A model generated the notes under the pieces. The model had not been told where the DNA came from. It searched no databases and saw nothing but the letters and a program-made list of their open reading frames with translations. A program made the translations under genes and the position numbers. From Strigamia acuminata (lineage: Eukaryota), in assembly GCA_949358305.1 (NCBI GenBank), contig OX442314.1:7254001-7318000 (forward strand): 64,000 nt of DNA. Direction: 5' to 3'. Positions 12,925-25,188 of this stretch are shown here, piece after piece (position 1 is the stretch's first letter; each line of letters starts with the position of its first letter).

Positions 12925-14600
12925 TGACAAAGGTTGGTGACCGACCCACGGCGCGTCGCGGCGCGTTCGGAGCACGCGACCCGATCCCCCCCCCTCCCCC
13001 CGTCCCCAAAAAACCACGCCTCGAGGAACCCCGAGGTTCGGTTTCCGACCGGGTCGCCTCTTGATCCGACTCGGGGCGCGTCACGGCGCGGTCGGAGGAC
13101 GGCCCTCGTCCCCAAAAACCACACTCCGGGTCACGTGGTCTCGCGCCCGACTCTTTCAGTTTTCCCGTTACGGGATCGTGACGGGACTGTCGGCGGCCCG
13201 TTAACGGCCCGTGCGACCCCATGCGGGCCGTTGACGGGCCGTTGACGGGCCGTTAACGGCCCGTGTGAGCCGTTACGAGATCGTGACGGGACCGTCGGCG
13301 GCCCGTTAACGGCCCGTGCGAGCCGTTACAGGATCGTGACGGGACCGTCGGCGGCCCGTTAACGGCCCGCACGGGCCGTGACGGGATCGTGACGGTCCCG
13401 TAACGGCCCGCCGACGGTCCCGTGACGACCCCGTAACGGCCTTCGTTCCCGGACTTCGGCTCGCCGACGGCCCGTACGACCTCACGCGGGCCGTTAACGG
13501 CCCGTTAACGGGCCGCCGACGGTCCCGTCACGATCCCGTAACGGCCCGTACAAGCCGTTGACGGGATCGTGATGGTCCCGTCACGATCCCGTAACGGCTC
13601 GCACGGGCCGTTAACGGGCCGCCGACGGTCCCGTCACGATCCCGTAACGGCCCGTACAAGCCGTTGACGGGATCGTGACGGTCCCGTCACGATCCCGTAA
13701 CGGCTCGCACGGGCCGTTAACGGGCCGCCGACGGTCCCGTCACGATCCCGTAACGGCGTAAAACCAAAAACAGGATTCGAGATTAATGTCTATGAATGTT
13801 GTACGCGTTTTCACGTACGTGTTGTCGGTTGTTGATTTTTTCGATTTACGCCGTAACGGCCCGTTAACGGCCCGTTAACGGCCCGTTAACGGCCCGTCAA
13901 CGGCCCGCATAGAGTCGTGCGGGCCGTTAACGGGCCGCCGACGGTCCCGTCACGACCCCGTAACGGCCTTCGTTCCCGGACTTCGGCTCGCCGACGGCCC
14001 GTACGACCTCACGCGGGCCGTTAACGGCGTAAAACCAAAAACAGGATTCAAGATTAATGTCTATGAATGTTGTACGCGTTTTCACGTACGTGTTGTCGGT
14101 TGTTGATTTTTTCGATTTACGCCGTAACGGCCCGTTAACGGCCCGTTAACGGCCCGTCAACGGCCCGTCAACGGCCCGCATGGAGTCGTACGGGCCGTTA
14201 ACGGGCCGCCGACGGTCCCGTCACGATCCCGTCACGGCCCGTGCGGGCCGTTAACGGGCCGCCAACGGTCCCGTCACGATCCCGTCACGGCTCGTGCGGG
14301 CCGTTAACGGGCCGCCGACAGTCCCGTCACGATCCCGTAACGGGCTGAAAACGGGAAAACTGAAAGAGTCGGGTGCGAGACCACGTGACCCGGAGTGTGG
14401 TTTTTGGGGGCGAGGGCCGTCCTCCGACCGCGCCGTGACGCGCCCCGAGTCGGATCAAGAGGCGACCCGGTCGGAAACCGAACCTCGGGGTTCCTCGAGG
14501 CGTGGTTTTTTGGGGACGGGGGGAGGGGGGGGGGGGGGATCGGGTCGCGTGCTCCGACCGCGCCGCAACGCGATGTGGGTCGGTCACCAACTTTTGTCAA
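12925..14600. repeat. Fold-back block: ~240-bp inverted arms (12925-13165 / 14353-14600) enclosing the second GGGCCGTTAACGGCCC palindrome array, which contains two copies of a ~100-bp GGCGTAAA...TTTACGCC unit (13755-13852, 14026-14123)
   Basis: Direct reverse-complement and direct-repeat matches. Confidence 0.85.
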
Positions 14601-15183
14601 TTTTTGACAAATTTCCACGGAATTTCAGCAACATTTTACGAGACGTTTCTGCCCGACTAGACACGTTTCCGCAGGTTTTAGCAAAACAACGTTAAATTCT
14701 GTGGAAATTTATCAAATGTTGACAAAATTCTGTGCAAGTTTTGTCAGATACTTACTTACTTACGATATAAACTCGAACGTCGTCCATCGACACTCTCAAC
14801 ATTCCACCGGACATTTTCCGGAAGAGTTTGTCCCGATCGGGACCACGCCTCGACGAAGCCCGGGACCCGGTTTCCGACCGGGTCGTTTTTGGCCCAAGTC
14901 ACGGCGCGTCGCGGCGCTTTCGGAGCACGCGACCCGATCCCCCCCCTCCCCCCCGTACTCAAAAACCACGTTTTAGCGAAACCCTTGACCGGTCACAAAA
15001 CCCACCGAACACCGAAAAGCAACGAACAAAACGCGCTCGGTCGCACGAACTACTCGGCCAAAACAACATCCGCAAATTCCGCATCGCAGTCGCGATCAAC
15101 GAAACAACGTATAGGCCGCCGTAATGTTAAAAAGCGGGACCCTTTCGCCCCCGACAAAATCCGCACACATACCCCAAGGTTAA

Positions 15184-15335
15184 CCTCTGTTCTCCCAGCA
15201 ACGTCTCTCTCTCATCAGACCACTCAGCTCCCTCCTCCTCTGCTAGGCCAGTCCACTCCGTGAGGTGGACGGCTCGGGGCTACAAGGCGGTGTGTGGAGT
15301 GACGCAGGTCACCTAGGGTGGCCAAGCAGTCACAC
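15184..15335. mobile_element. Right-hand fragment of a solo LTR (TGTGAC...GTCACA family), truncated by the TTAA element
   Basis: Aligns with ~61080-61235, ending GGCCAAGCAGTCACA. Confidence 0.75.
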
Positions 15336-16188
15336 AACTACAGCATTATCAAAAACAAAATGCGTATAAGAATTCTATTTTAAATAAGTGAGCCGATGTA
15401 AATATTATAACACTAGAAAAACACTAAATAATTACACCTTTAAGTACGTAATGTAAACATACATTAAATCTGATGTGTCCTGTGCGTGGATGGCTTCGGA
15501 TTCCCGTGGATTCAGTCGGATTGTGTTGGAGGTGGTAAAGGAACGAGGCAGTCGTTGTAAGAACTTGAATTGGAATGCTTTATTCTTGGCTCAAACAAAA
15601 GGGGGTGGAAGTGGGTCAAGCCACCGGTCACTTATTGGAGGATGCGCACATCTGGTTTGACCGGTGACATCACAAATATTGGAGTGGCAAACACTCCAAA
15701 ATCAATCCAAATATATCCACATTCCACAGTGACCCCACTTCACTTTATCATTTATTGTAACAGCTGAAGCTTCTAGCAACTCAATTTTTGAAGAACTGCT
15801 GACAGTAAAAATGGAAAAAATTCAAGATAACATATGCCGAGGACAACCATATAAGGTAATTTTAATAGATTAAAATTGGTGATTGACAGTCATTGATTTT
15901 TTATTTCTTGCATTTAGCTTTCCCTTACATTCAACGATTTTGGAAGACACTTTGGTGTAGGAGCGCAATATTCTGGTGCAACATCTAAAATTTATTTGAG
16001 TTATGAGAAAGTAATATTATAACCGGAATTTAAATGTAATCTGCATCACTGTATTCTGTTTTAAATCCATAGTTCGTATTCCTTAATTCACCTATAAATC
16101 CTTGCGGCAGTGAAGATGAATTCAAAGAATGTTATCGGAGTTGTTTATTTAGAGAGTTTAAACAGCATCTAAAGTGCAGGTGAGAAAT

Positions 16189-17192
16189 TGTGACCGATTA
16201 TCGGCCACTGCAACACGCCCACATGGCCCAGCCCAACCCCACCCGCCAGGTGGCGTTGACGGTTGAGGGATGGTGACCAGGATGACGTCATATCCGGTCA
16301 CCAACCCCACAACCAATGGGAAGAGGTACTCTCGTACCCATGGTGCAAGAATGAGCTATAAAAGGCCCAACATCCTGTTTCTGGCCAGAGTTCCACAGGA
16401 ACGGTCCTGACCAACATCAGACCGGTCCACACTCTTGTTCACCATGGTGTCACTTAGGGACTTGGCCGGTTTGCCAGTCCCAGTACCGTGAGCGATTACC
16501 ATGGGCCAAATGAACATCGACATGACCACGCCGCACAACCAGGTTAACCCTAACCACGTGTGTTCCGCGTGTGGTCACAGGTCTGCTGCAGCAATGCCTG
16601 TCCGGGATAGAATCCCGGCTGGGCCCCCAATTGTGAGAGTGGACGGACATTGTTCGGGCACGGGAATGCCTAAACAGCGCCGGACGCTCGACACGTATAG
16701 ATAAGAGACTACAAGAGACTGTGGTTGAGGTTTTAGGCCTTTATTCAGTTGTCTAGGGGTCAATATCTTGTGTCTCTCCCATGCTCTTGCTGCATTGCTG
16801 CAGCAGACCTGTGACCACACGCGGCACACACGTGGTTAGGGTTAACCTGGTTGTGCGGCGTGGTCATGTCGATGTTCATTTGGCCCATGGTAATCGCTCA
16901 CGGTACTGGGACTGGCAAACCGGCCAAGTCCCTAAGTGACACCATGGTGAACAAGAGTGTGGACCGGTCTGATGTTGGTCAGGACCGTTCCTGTGGAACT
17001 CTGGCCAGAAACAGGATGTTGGGCCTTTTATAGCACACCATGGGTACGAGAGTACCTCTTCCCATTGGTTGTGGGGTTGGTGACCGGATATGACGTCATC
17101 CTGGTCACCATCCCTCAACCGTCAACGCCACCTGGCGGGTGGGGTTGGGCTGGGCCATGTGGGCGTGTTGCAGTGGCCGATAATCGGTCACA
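16189..17192. mobile_element. ~1-kb palindromic insertion (arms ~16189-16598 / 16792-17192), TG...CA ends, LTR-like
   Basis: Arms are near-perfect reverse complements; absent from paralogous introns (e.g. ~33047-33060); TATAAAAG in the arms; spacer resembles the solo-LTR family. Confidence 0.8.
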
Positions 17193-18107
17193 TTATTGTC
17201 ATGGTTTGACACAATTAGAAAATAATTAAACATCTTCTTTGCAAGATTTCCCTTTACGGAAACAGATTTACCACTTTGCAAATGTTCAAACAACACGCAC
17301 GAGCAATACAATGCTGCAATTCAAGTGATTGAAACCACAAATTCAATTTCTGGTTGCCCATGTCAACGTCCATGTCAACAAACAACTTTTTCCCCATTCA
17401 CTGAAATAGGCATATCAGATAATGTTAAAACTATATCAATTTCTTTTGCAATAACTAATGACAAAATTAGCGTCTATGAAGAACGGTTCACCTACGACAT
17501 TATTGCTCTGCTGTCAGACTTGGGAGGCAATCTGGGCCTGTTTCTCGGTCTATCTTTAATCTCATTACCTGATATCACTTGGTATTTATATTATATTGCA
17601 TCACACATTCATCAAAAAAGACCTGTCAATAAGATTTGTCGTCTCTATGAGATATGCAAAAAGGAAGTCATTGCATATGAAGAGAAAACCACGAGAAATG
17701 GATTCTTCGAAAAGTTTAAGTTTGTGCTGGTATTTCTGACCGCAGGATTTACTTTATATTGCTTGGAAATTCGTATCAACTACTACATTGATGAACCGGT
17801 TACAAAAATCGTTAGAATAGTTGAACGTCACTACAATGAATTTAAATCAGCCACGATTTGTGGTGAAAATCAAAATGATGACATGGACGAAGCCAGATCA
17901 CATTTACTTAAAAACACAAAAAAAACTTGCGATAAAATATCACCCTGGCAATTGTTCAATCAGGAATTGTCACTGAAAGAAATCTGGAAAACACTCAACA
18001 TCCACGACACAATTAATATTGAGAATGAGGTACTTCTACTCAGGGGCGAATCTAGCCTTTTAGGGGCCCTGGGCTTGAGCTTTTTTCGGGGCCTCTTTAT
18101 CAATATA

Positions 18108-18871
18108 CAGGGTGGAAGAAAAGTCTGTTCTCCTCAAATATTTCCTGAGCAATTGCATCTAGGCCAACTTTGATGAAGCAATCGTATAGGAAGTTGAGTG
18201 AGAGCAATTCAATGATGTCATCAAATTTGACCTTGAAGGTCATTTTCAAGGTCATTCACTTGCTAACTTCTAAACTAATCACGCTAGAGCAAACTTTCCA
18301 ATTACAAAGTTGTAGAGCACAATCAAATTAGTACTATCCAATTTATCTTAGTCATCTTAAGATAAATGATTTCTTTTTAAAAAGGAAACAAATCAGTAAA
18401 AAAATCAGCAAAGTGAAATTTTTTATTCTTGTGAAAAAAAAAATTATTGAGGCATTAAAAAAGATAGTGATTTTTCTTGTGTACTTGCACAATAATGCAC
18501 ATTTGAATAAATTTATTTAAGTAATTCAGTATTTTTGTAGTAGAAATTTAATTTCTGCCTCAATGGCTGACTTTATTTCAGCTGATTTGTTTTCATTTTA
18601 AAACGAAAACATTTAACTTAAGATGACTAAGATAAATTGGATAGTACTAATTTCATGGTGCTCTACAACTTTGTAATTGGAAATTTTGCTCTAACCTGAT
18701 TGGTTTAGAAGTTAGCAAGTGAATGACCTTGAAAATGACCTTTGAGGTCAAATTTGAGGATGCCATCAGATTTGCAATGAATGATTTCCTCTATGAGTTT
18801 TTTTTCAGTTTTCTGATATCTCAAGTATTTTGGAAATTACTTGGGGAGGTTCAGACTTTTGGGACACCCTG
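18108..18871. mobile_element. Tc1/mariner-type MITE nested in the hAT element
   Basis: TA|CAGGGTG...AAAAGTCTG / CAGACTTTT...CACCCTG|TA with internal inverted arms; related partial copy at ~38780-39175. Confidence 0.75.
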
Positions 18872-18959
18872 TATACCTAGGTAGTACAATGAGGTACACA
18901 CAGCAGTTTCCGTTACGGAAATCACTAAGTGACATCAAAAATACTCAATGACGTAAAAA

Positions 18960-19115
18960 AAAGGTCAAGAAGACGCCAAAGGATGCCAAGAAGACGCCAA
19001 AGGATGTCAAGAAGACGCCAAAGGATGTCAAGAAAACGCCAAAGGATGTCAAGAAGACGCCAAAGGATGTCAAGAAGACTCCAAAGGATGTCAAGAAGAC
19101 GCCAAACGATGTCAA
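18960..19115. repeat. 21-bp minisatellite (AAGGATGTCAAGAAGACGCCA)n, ~7 copies
   Basis: Directly visible. Confidence 0.9.
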
Positions 19116-19659
19116 ATGACACAAAAATCGATATTATTTTTACACTTACACGTTTTATTGCTTCTTAAAACATAACATACTATACTTTTGTTGAACTCAA
19201 GGTTTCCCCCCAAATTTCATTGGTCGAGCCTCATTACTACTAATTCCAGACTGTATACTACCACTAGGAGAAGTAGTTCTGACTTTTATTTATTTCTGTG
19301 ATTGTTATAACCATTTAAGTTAATATTACTAGTAGGTTGATTTTTCTCATTAAAAAATGTTATTTCCACTAACAAAATAAAGTTGTGGGCACATATAAAT
19401 GCCCAACTCATATTTTTCCTGTTTATTGGTTGCTTTGTCTGGAAAGCAATCGATTACAATGTCTGTACATCAATTGCAATTCTGGTGTTTGGGTCTATTT
19501 TTTTGGATCAGTACACCAGTAAGAAGGCTCGACCAATGAAATTTGGGAGACATCTTGAGTTCAACAAGAGTATAGTAAATTGCGTTGTGTCTTGGGGGTT
19601 CTGGGCTCAAGCCCTATTTGCCTTGATGTAGATCCGCCCCTGTTTCTACTACTACAGTA

Positions 19660-21909
19660 CAGCCTTGGACATAAAAAACGTCCCTTACCTGCTTGAGCTG
19701 GACTTCAGAATGAGCAGTTTCAACTTTAATCACCAGATGGCGCAAAAAATCGTCGATTGTTTCTGACATCACAATGAAAAATCCAAAACTAGAAAAGAGC
19801 AAGTGATCAGCAAACATGGCCACCCGTTGCAAATACACGGTTCGAACGAGATAAAATTAGTAACACCATCATAGCATTTAATTAATTCTGTTTGTTTCCA
19901 CTCCAGATGTTTGAAATTGTGAATTTTGGTTCCTTCCGGGATAAAAAAACAAAGATAAGTCCACGATTTTCGGCTTTGCTGCCGAACAAGTGTTGACTAT
20001 TTTTCCGTGATGAGGAATTACGATGAGATGTTGGTTTGGGTTATGAAATTAACTGGATACATTTTAGGTCCCGAAAAGGTAATTAATTCGGAACAAATGA
20101 CAAAGTATTAATTTTTTTTTTCAGTTTTTGAGGTTGAATCGATCGCAAACTCGAATTAGACAATCCACAACGTTTTGCCACTTCATTTCAGTAAATCACC
20201 GTGGATTAATAGCCCACTCCTGCTCACCATCAAATGCATCACTAGGAATCTAAATAGGTAAAATTCATTCCTCTGGTAATTTATTTTCCATTTATTTATC
20301 CATTTATTTGTTTATTTTGTAGGTTATTTTTATTTTGGGAGCAAAAAGTTGATTTTCAGAGAGTTGTGCATTATTTGCTGGCTATGTGTTGGAAAACAAC
20401 TTTAAAACCAGCTATTAAAGTATTTTTATTTCTTTATTATTTAATGGTTTATAACTGATCTATTTGTTTTGTTTTGTTAGGAAATTCTAAGGAATGGAAT
20501 CGTTTTGGACCTGTGCAATTGGTTTGCCATGAAGGAATTGCAGTTCAATTTATCCGTGCCCAGCAGAATTATTCAACTACACGAGGATTATTTGAAACCA
20601 CAAATTTCTCAAAAAATGTATTTTTTTGCCAAAAAATGTATTTTTTTGCCAAAAAATGTATTTTTTTTGCCAAAAAATGTATTTTTTTTGCCAAAAAATG
20701 TATTTTTTTTATCTAAAAATCTATTTTTTTTTACCCAAGAGTCTATTTTTTTCAAAAAAATCTATATTTTTACCTAATAATGTAATTTTTAACCCAAAAA
20801 TGTAATTTTTTAACCAAGAGTTTAATTTTTTACTTAAAGAATGTATTTTTTTTTGAGTAAACATCAATTTTTCTTATCTAAAACTGTTTTATTCAATTAA
20901 AAATTGTATATTTCAATAAAATCATTTTTTTTGTTTGCCTACAGTTTGTTTTTTGTCAAAGAATTTACTTTTTCATCTAAAAATAAATTATTTTATCAGA
21001 CTATTTTTTTATCAATAATTTTATATTTTTTAAGCGAAATATTCATTTTTTAAAGACTAAAGTTAATTTGTTTTAAAAAATGCATGTTTTTAGTTTTTAG
21101 TTGGTTTTTTAATACAAAATTGTTATTTATTTTATAAAATACAATTTTCATATGAAATTGGTGTGCTTTTCAACTTAAAGATATAATAAATTGTGTATTT
21201 TTTGGGTCTAAAAACCCATTTTATACAGATTTTGTGTATAAATTTGTGATGTTTCAAATAATCCTCGTGTAGTTGAATAATTCTGCTGGGCACAGATAAA
21301 TTGAACTGCAATTCCTTCATGGCAAACCAATTGCACAGGTCCAAAACGGAGTGGGCTATTAATCCACGGTGATTTACTGAAATGAAGTGGCAAAACGTTG
21401 TGGATTGTCTAATTCGAGTTTGCGATCGATTCAACCTCAAAAACTGAAAAAAAAAAATTAATACTTTGTTATTTGTTCCGAATTAATTACCTTTTCGGGA
21501 CCTAAAATGTATCCAGTTAATTTCATAACCCAAACCAACATCTCATCGTAATTCCTCATCACGGAAAAATAGTCAACACTTGTTCGGCAGCAAAGCCGAA
21601 AATCGTGGACTTATCTTTGTTTTTTTATCCCGGAAGGAACCAAAATTCACAATTTCAAACATCTGGAGTGGAAACAAACAGAATTAATTAAATGCTATGA
21701 TGGTGTTACTAATTTTATCTCGTTCGAACCGTGTATTTGCAACGGGCGGCCATGTTTGCTGATCACTTGCTCTTTTCTAGTTTTGGATTTTTCATTGTGA
21801 TGTCAGAAACAATCGACGATTTTTTGCGCCATCTGGTGATTAAAGTTGAAACTGCTCATTCTGAAGTCCAGCTCAAGCAGGTAAGGGACGTTTTTTATGT
21901 CCAAGGCTG
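19660..21909. mobile_element. Non-autonomous relative of the 5535-10961 Tc1 element, ~560-bp near-perfect TIRs, no transposase
   Basis: TA|CAGCCTTGGACATAAAAA ... TTTTTATGTCCAAGGCTG|TA; internal blocks match ~6250-6390 and ~7200-7580. Confidence 0.9.
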
Positions 21910-22568
21910 TACACTAAATTCTAAAAACATGCACCACATTGAACATTTTTTTGTAGGCTTATTATGGATATGAAATAGCTCTAAACATATCAATGCATCC
22001 TCTTTCACTTCCCTTTGGTAATTGTTCACGAATAAACACAGGTAATTTAACTAATTCAGTATACTGCTCTATGAATCACCTTTGTTTTTTATGCTACCAA
22101 CTCAATTTATTTATTTATGCACGGTAGTGTGAATTATTTCACTTTTTTAAATTCCTTGGTACATGATGCATCAGAAAATTATTCTAACCTTTACTCTGTT
22201 TTTTCAGAAAAATCAATTGACCAATCTGCTTACCTTATAATTACACTTCAATATCTGTTTCCTCCTGGAGTATGTGACCAGCATCTAACGGTAATACGAT
22301 AAGACGGGCGGATTGAGAAGTAATATCGGACTGGATATTTTTGGAAACAATAGATCATTGGAAAATTACGACATACTGCAGTTTGACTTCGCCAAATTAA
22401 CAACGTTATAACGTTACTTTGGAATGCTTTTTCTCATAGAGGGAAGCAACCATTGTTACGATCACATGATTTTATCACCTAATCTCATTTTCCAAAGGTC
22501 TATTGGGCCTACTGATCAAAATTCAACCGGGAGACTAAGCTTATTATGCCGTTTCTGACATATGATGT

Positions 22569-23138
22569 TGTGACTGGTATAGTCTTTGCGAAGGTAACCT
22601 TTTGTGACTGGTTATCTTGGTTTGGGACGCATACTCACCTAAATAATGACAAGAGACTCCATATTGTTGGTTGTTGGCCTTTAATATGTTTGTCTCGAGG
22701 TTGGAGAATCCCATCACCCCCGTGCAGGGGTGCCGTGATGGCACACCGCACCGGCAATCGACCCGTCACACATAGGGTCTGAACCCCATGTATGACGAGG
22801 TCGGTTAAACATAAAATTTGTTTTGTACTTACTCGAGTATGACCCATGCAGCCGCTCATGGAGGCTGTAGCAGGGCCATCGTCATACTACTGAGCGTCGC
22901 AGTGGTGAATGGTGAGGAGAGCAGAGTCAGCACAGGTGTCCTTGCTGGCGTCAGAATCTTTATCACATGTCTGGTCTCTACGATGGTGACGCTCCCTCTC
23001 TCTCACCACACCACTCAACTCCCTCCTTCCCTATACTTTCCTATACTGGGTCAGTCTACCCGCAAGGGGCTGACCTTAGGACTACAGGGCGGTGTGTGGC
23101 AGTGATGTAGGTCACCATGGGTTGGCCAAGCGGTCACA
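22569..23138. mobile_element. Solo LTR (TGTGAC...GTCACA family)
   Basis: TG...CA termini, similarity to 60666-61235; TSD unclear. Confidence 0.7.
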
Positions 23139-23574
23139 GTTGATTTTTTAAGATTTGTTTCAAACTTGTTACACCCTTTCTTTAGGGCCCGGGTCAACGT
23201 CCAAGTATCCATGCTAGCCCTTCTGTCTGACATTATTTTAAATTATAATTATGTCTGTACAATTTGTTAGTTTTTCCTAAATAATCTGGAAGAAGAAGTT
23301 AACATTTTGTCACCTTTGGCTTTACACTATGGTTAGTTGAACATGGTAACACTTCGAGCCTTTACGGTAATAAATTAAACAAATTCACTGGAAAAAAATA
23401 TGGCTTTACACGTTTTTTAATTGCTGAAAAGTTAATGTAAATTTGAACTTTCGGCTTTGTAAAGTCACATTTACAAAGATTGTAAATTTTTGTTTTAAAC
23501 AATAACTTTACAAAATTAAAAAGACATTTTACAATGAACACGCACAATAACTTTAAAGTTTGTAAATTTTGAAT

Positions 23575-23820
23575 TTGTCAGATTTAACAATAAATTTAAT
23601 TTAAATTTAATTTAAATTTTCAGTTTTAACAATAAATTTAATTTAAATTTAATTTAAATTTGTCAGTTTTAACAATAAATTTAATTTAAATTTAATTTAA
23701 ATTTGTCAGTTTTAACAATAAATTTAATTTAAATTTAATTTAAATTTGTCAGTTTTAACAATAAATTTAATTTAAATTTAATTTAAATTTGTCAGTTTTA
23801 ACAATAAATTTCATTTAATT
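23575..23820. repeat. AT-rich ~43-bp minisatellite
   Basis: (TTTAACAATAAATTTAATTTAAATTTAATTTAAATTTGTCAGT)n. Confidence 0.85.
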
Positions 23821-25188
23821 TTAATTCTTTTTTTAATTTTATGTTTGTTAAAAAATTAAATTAACTAATTAAAGTTTTCTAAAAACAAACATAAAATTAC
23901 AAACATTAAAATTACTGCTAAAAAAATTAAAAAATAAAAGTAAAAATTTTCACACACTGTCGTGATTCGACTTTGTGGTTAAGAAATACAAATACTTTGT
24001 CGGGACAAGCAATACACTTTATTATTAACTTAGGAATAATTAATACAGTCAGATAAATGTATGATTGATGGTCTCGGATCCTGTTGCGAATACGAGTTGT
24101 TGCTAAACAATTAGCCCTCAATTGTTTAGACTTACACGTGGCTTCTGTTGTTGTCTAGGGTTATATTTTTTACACTTCGCGAATCGAGTCAGTCTCAATT
24201 CGCTTAGCAGTTTGGATGTGAAATCAAACGAGGCCTACTTCGTTTGGGACGCGTGGCGCGCGTGTTAATTACCGCCAAAGTGTTAGGTTGAATCCAAACT
24301 GAATCCGTCTTGTTCCGTACGCGTGGTGCGCAGAATTCTTTCGCCAATGCGTTCGGTGAGCCCAAACTAAACGAGATCCGTTTCGTGTGGAATACGTCTT
24401 GCGGAACACGTGGCGTACGTGATTTTCTTCGGCGATCGATTGGCGATTCGTATCGATCGTGGATTAGTCCCGAAATTATGTTCGGTTGACACGTGTTTTC
24501 GAACAAACACGCGGGAATTCGCTTCGTGCGAATTAAACGATAGATTCGGATATTTATTCTAACGTGGATTGGCCACGTTAAATAAATGCGGCTTGTTGCT
24601 TACAGTTGATTTTATCAGCGGGCACCGGTCCTCGATCAATCCGATGAAACGGCCTGAAAGGTGAGGAAAGTGGTGCTCTTGCTGAATTGTGGTAACTGTA
24701 GTGTCATTTCCGGTCAAGCTTCGGTCTTATATACTGACCGGAAGTGACGTCATATATAGATTATTCTGATTATTCAGATCCGCAGAAATGCGAGACTAGT
24801 CAATCTAGTCTATTTCTAGTAGCGCTCCTGGCGGTCGGATTCATCAACACGATAAATCTTATCAATTTATCTTCAGGTGATTCGGAATCACCACACGTCC
24901 CTCCCCAAGAATAAACTATCGGGACCAAACCAACGTTTGCAGGTTGGCCAAGAAAACTACTTATTTTATGAAATAATTTACATCTGAATAAACTTTTTGT
25001 GATGAATTTAAAATGAGAACGAGAGATACTCAAATTTTTAAAATAGGTCAACATAACTGGCCTTAGTCTTGGGGATAACTGGTTATTCCAGTATCGCTGG
25101 ACTGCTGAGTTTTTTCTCAGCTTGGTGATTAGTTTTTTGATCAGTTCGAAATCTATGGGTGACGAGATTTGCGCAGACGGAGTTATCT

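Larger units (their letters stand above)
18041..19642. mobile_element. Non-autonomous hAT-type element
   Basis: TIR CAGGGGCGAATCTA / TAGATCCGCCCCTG; 8-bp TSD cttctact/tttctact. Confidence 0.75.
15764..23366 (+). pseudogene. Tandem-dimer DEG/ENaC paralog 1 (partial): exons 15764-15855, 15918-16010, 16073-16179, 17246-18029, 21957-22041, 22208-22290, 23271-23366
   Basis: Exon sizes identical to paralog 3; TM2 motif LLSDLGGNLGLFLGLSLISLP followed in frame by a second TM1; premature TAG at 23334-23336; last two exons not found; first exons not in window. Confidence 0.8.

Noticed and set aside
17325..18173. ORF-track protein as a stand-alone 282-aa gene
   Set aside because: It is the central exon of channel paralog 1 read through its donor site at 18030 into a hAT element.
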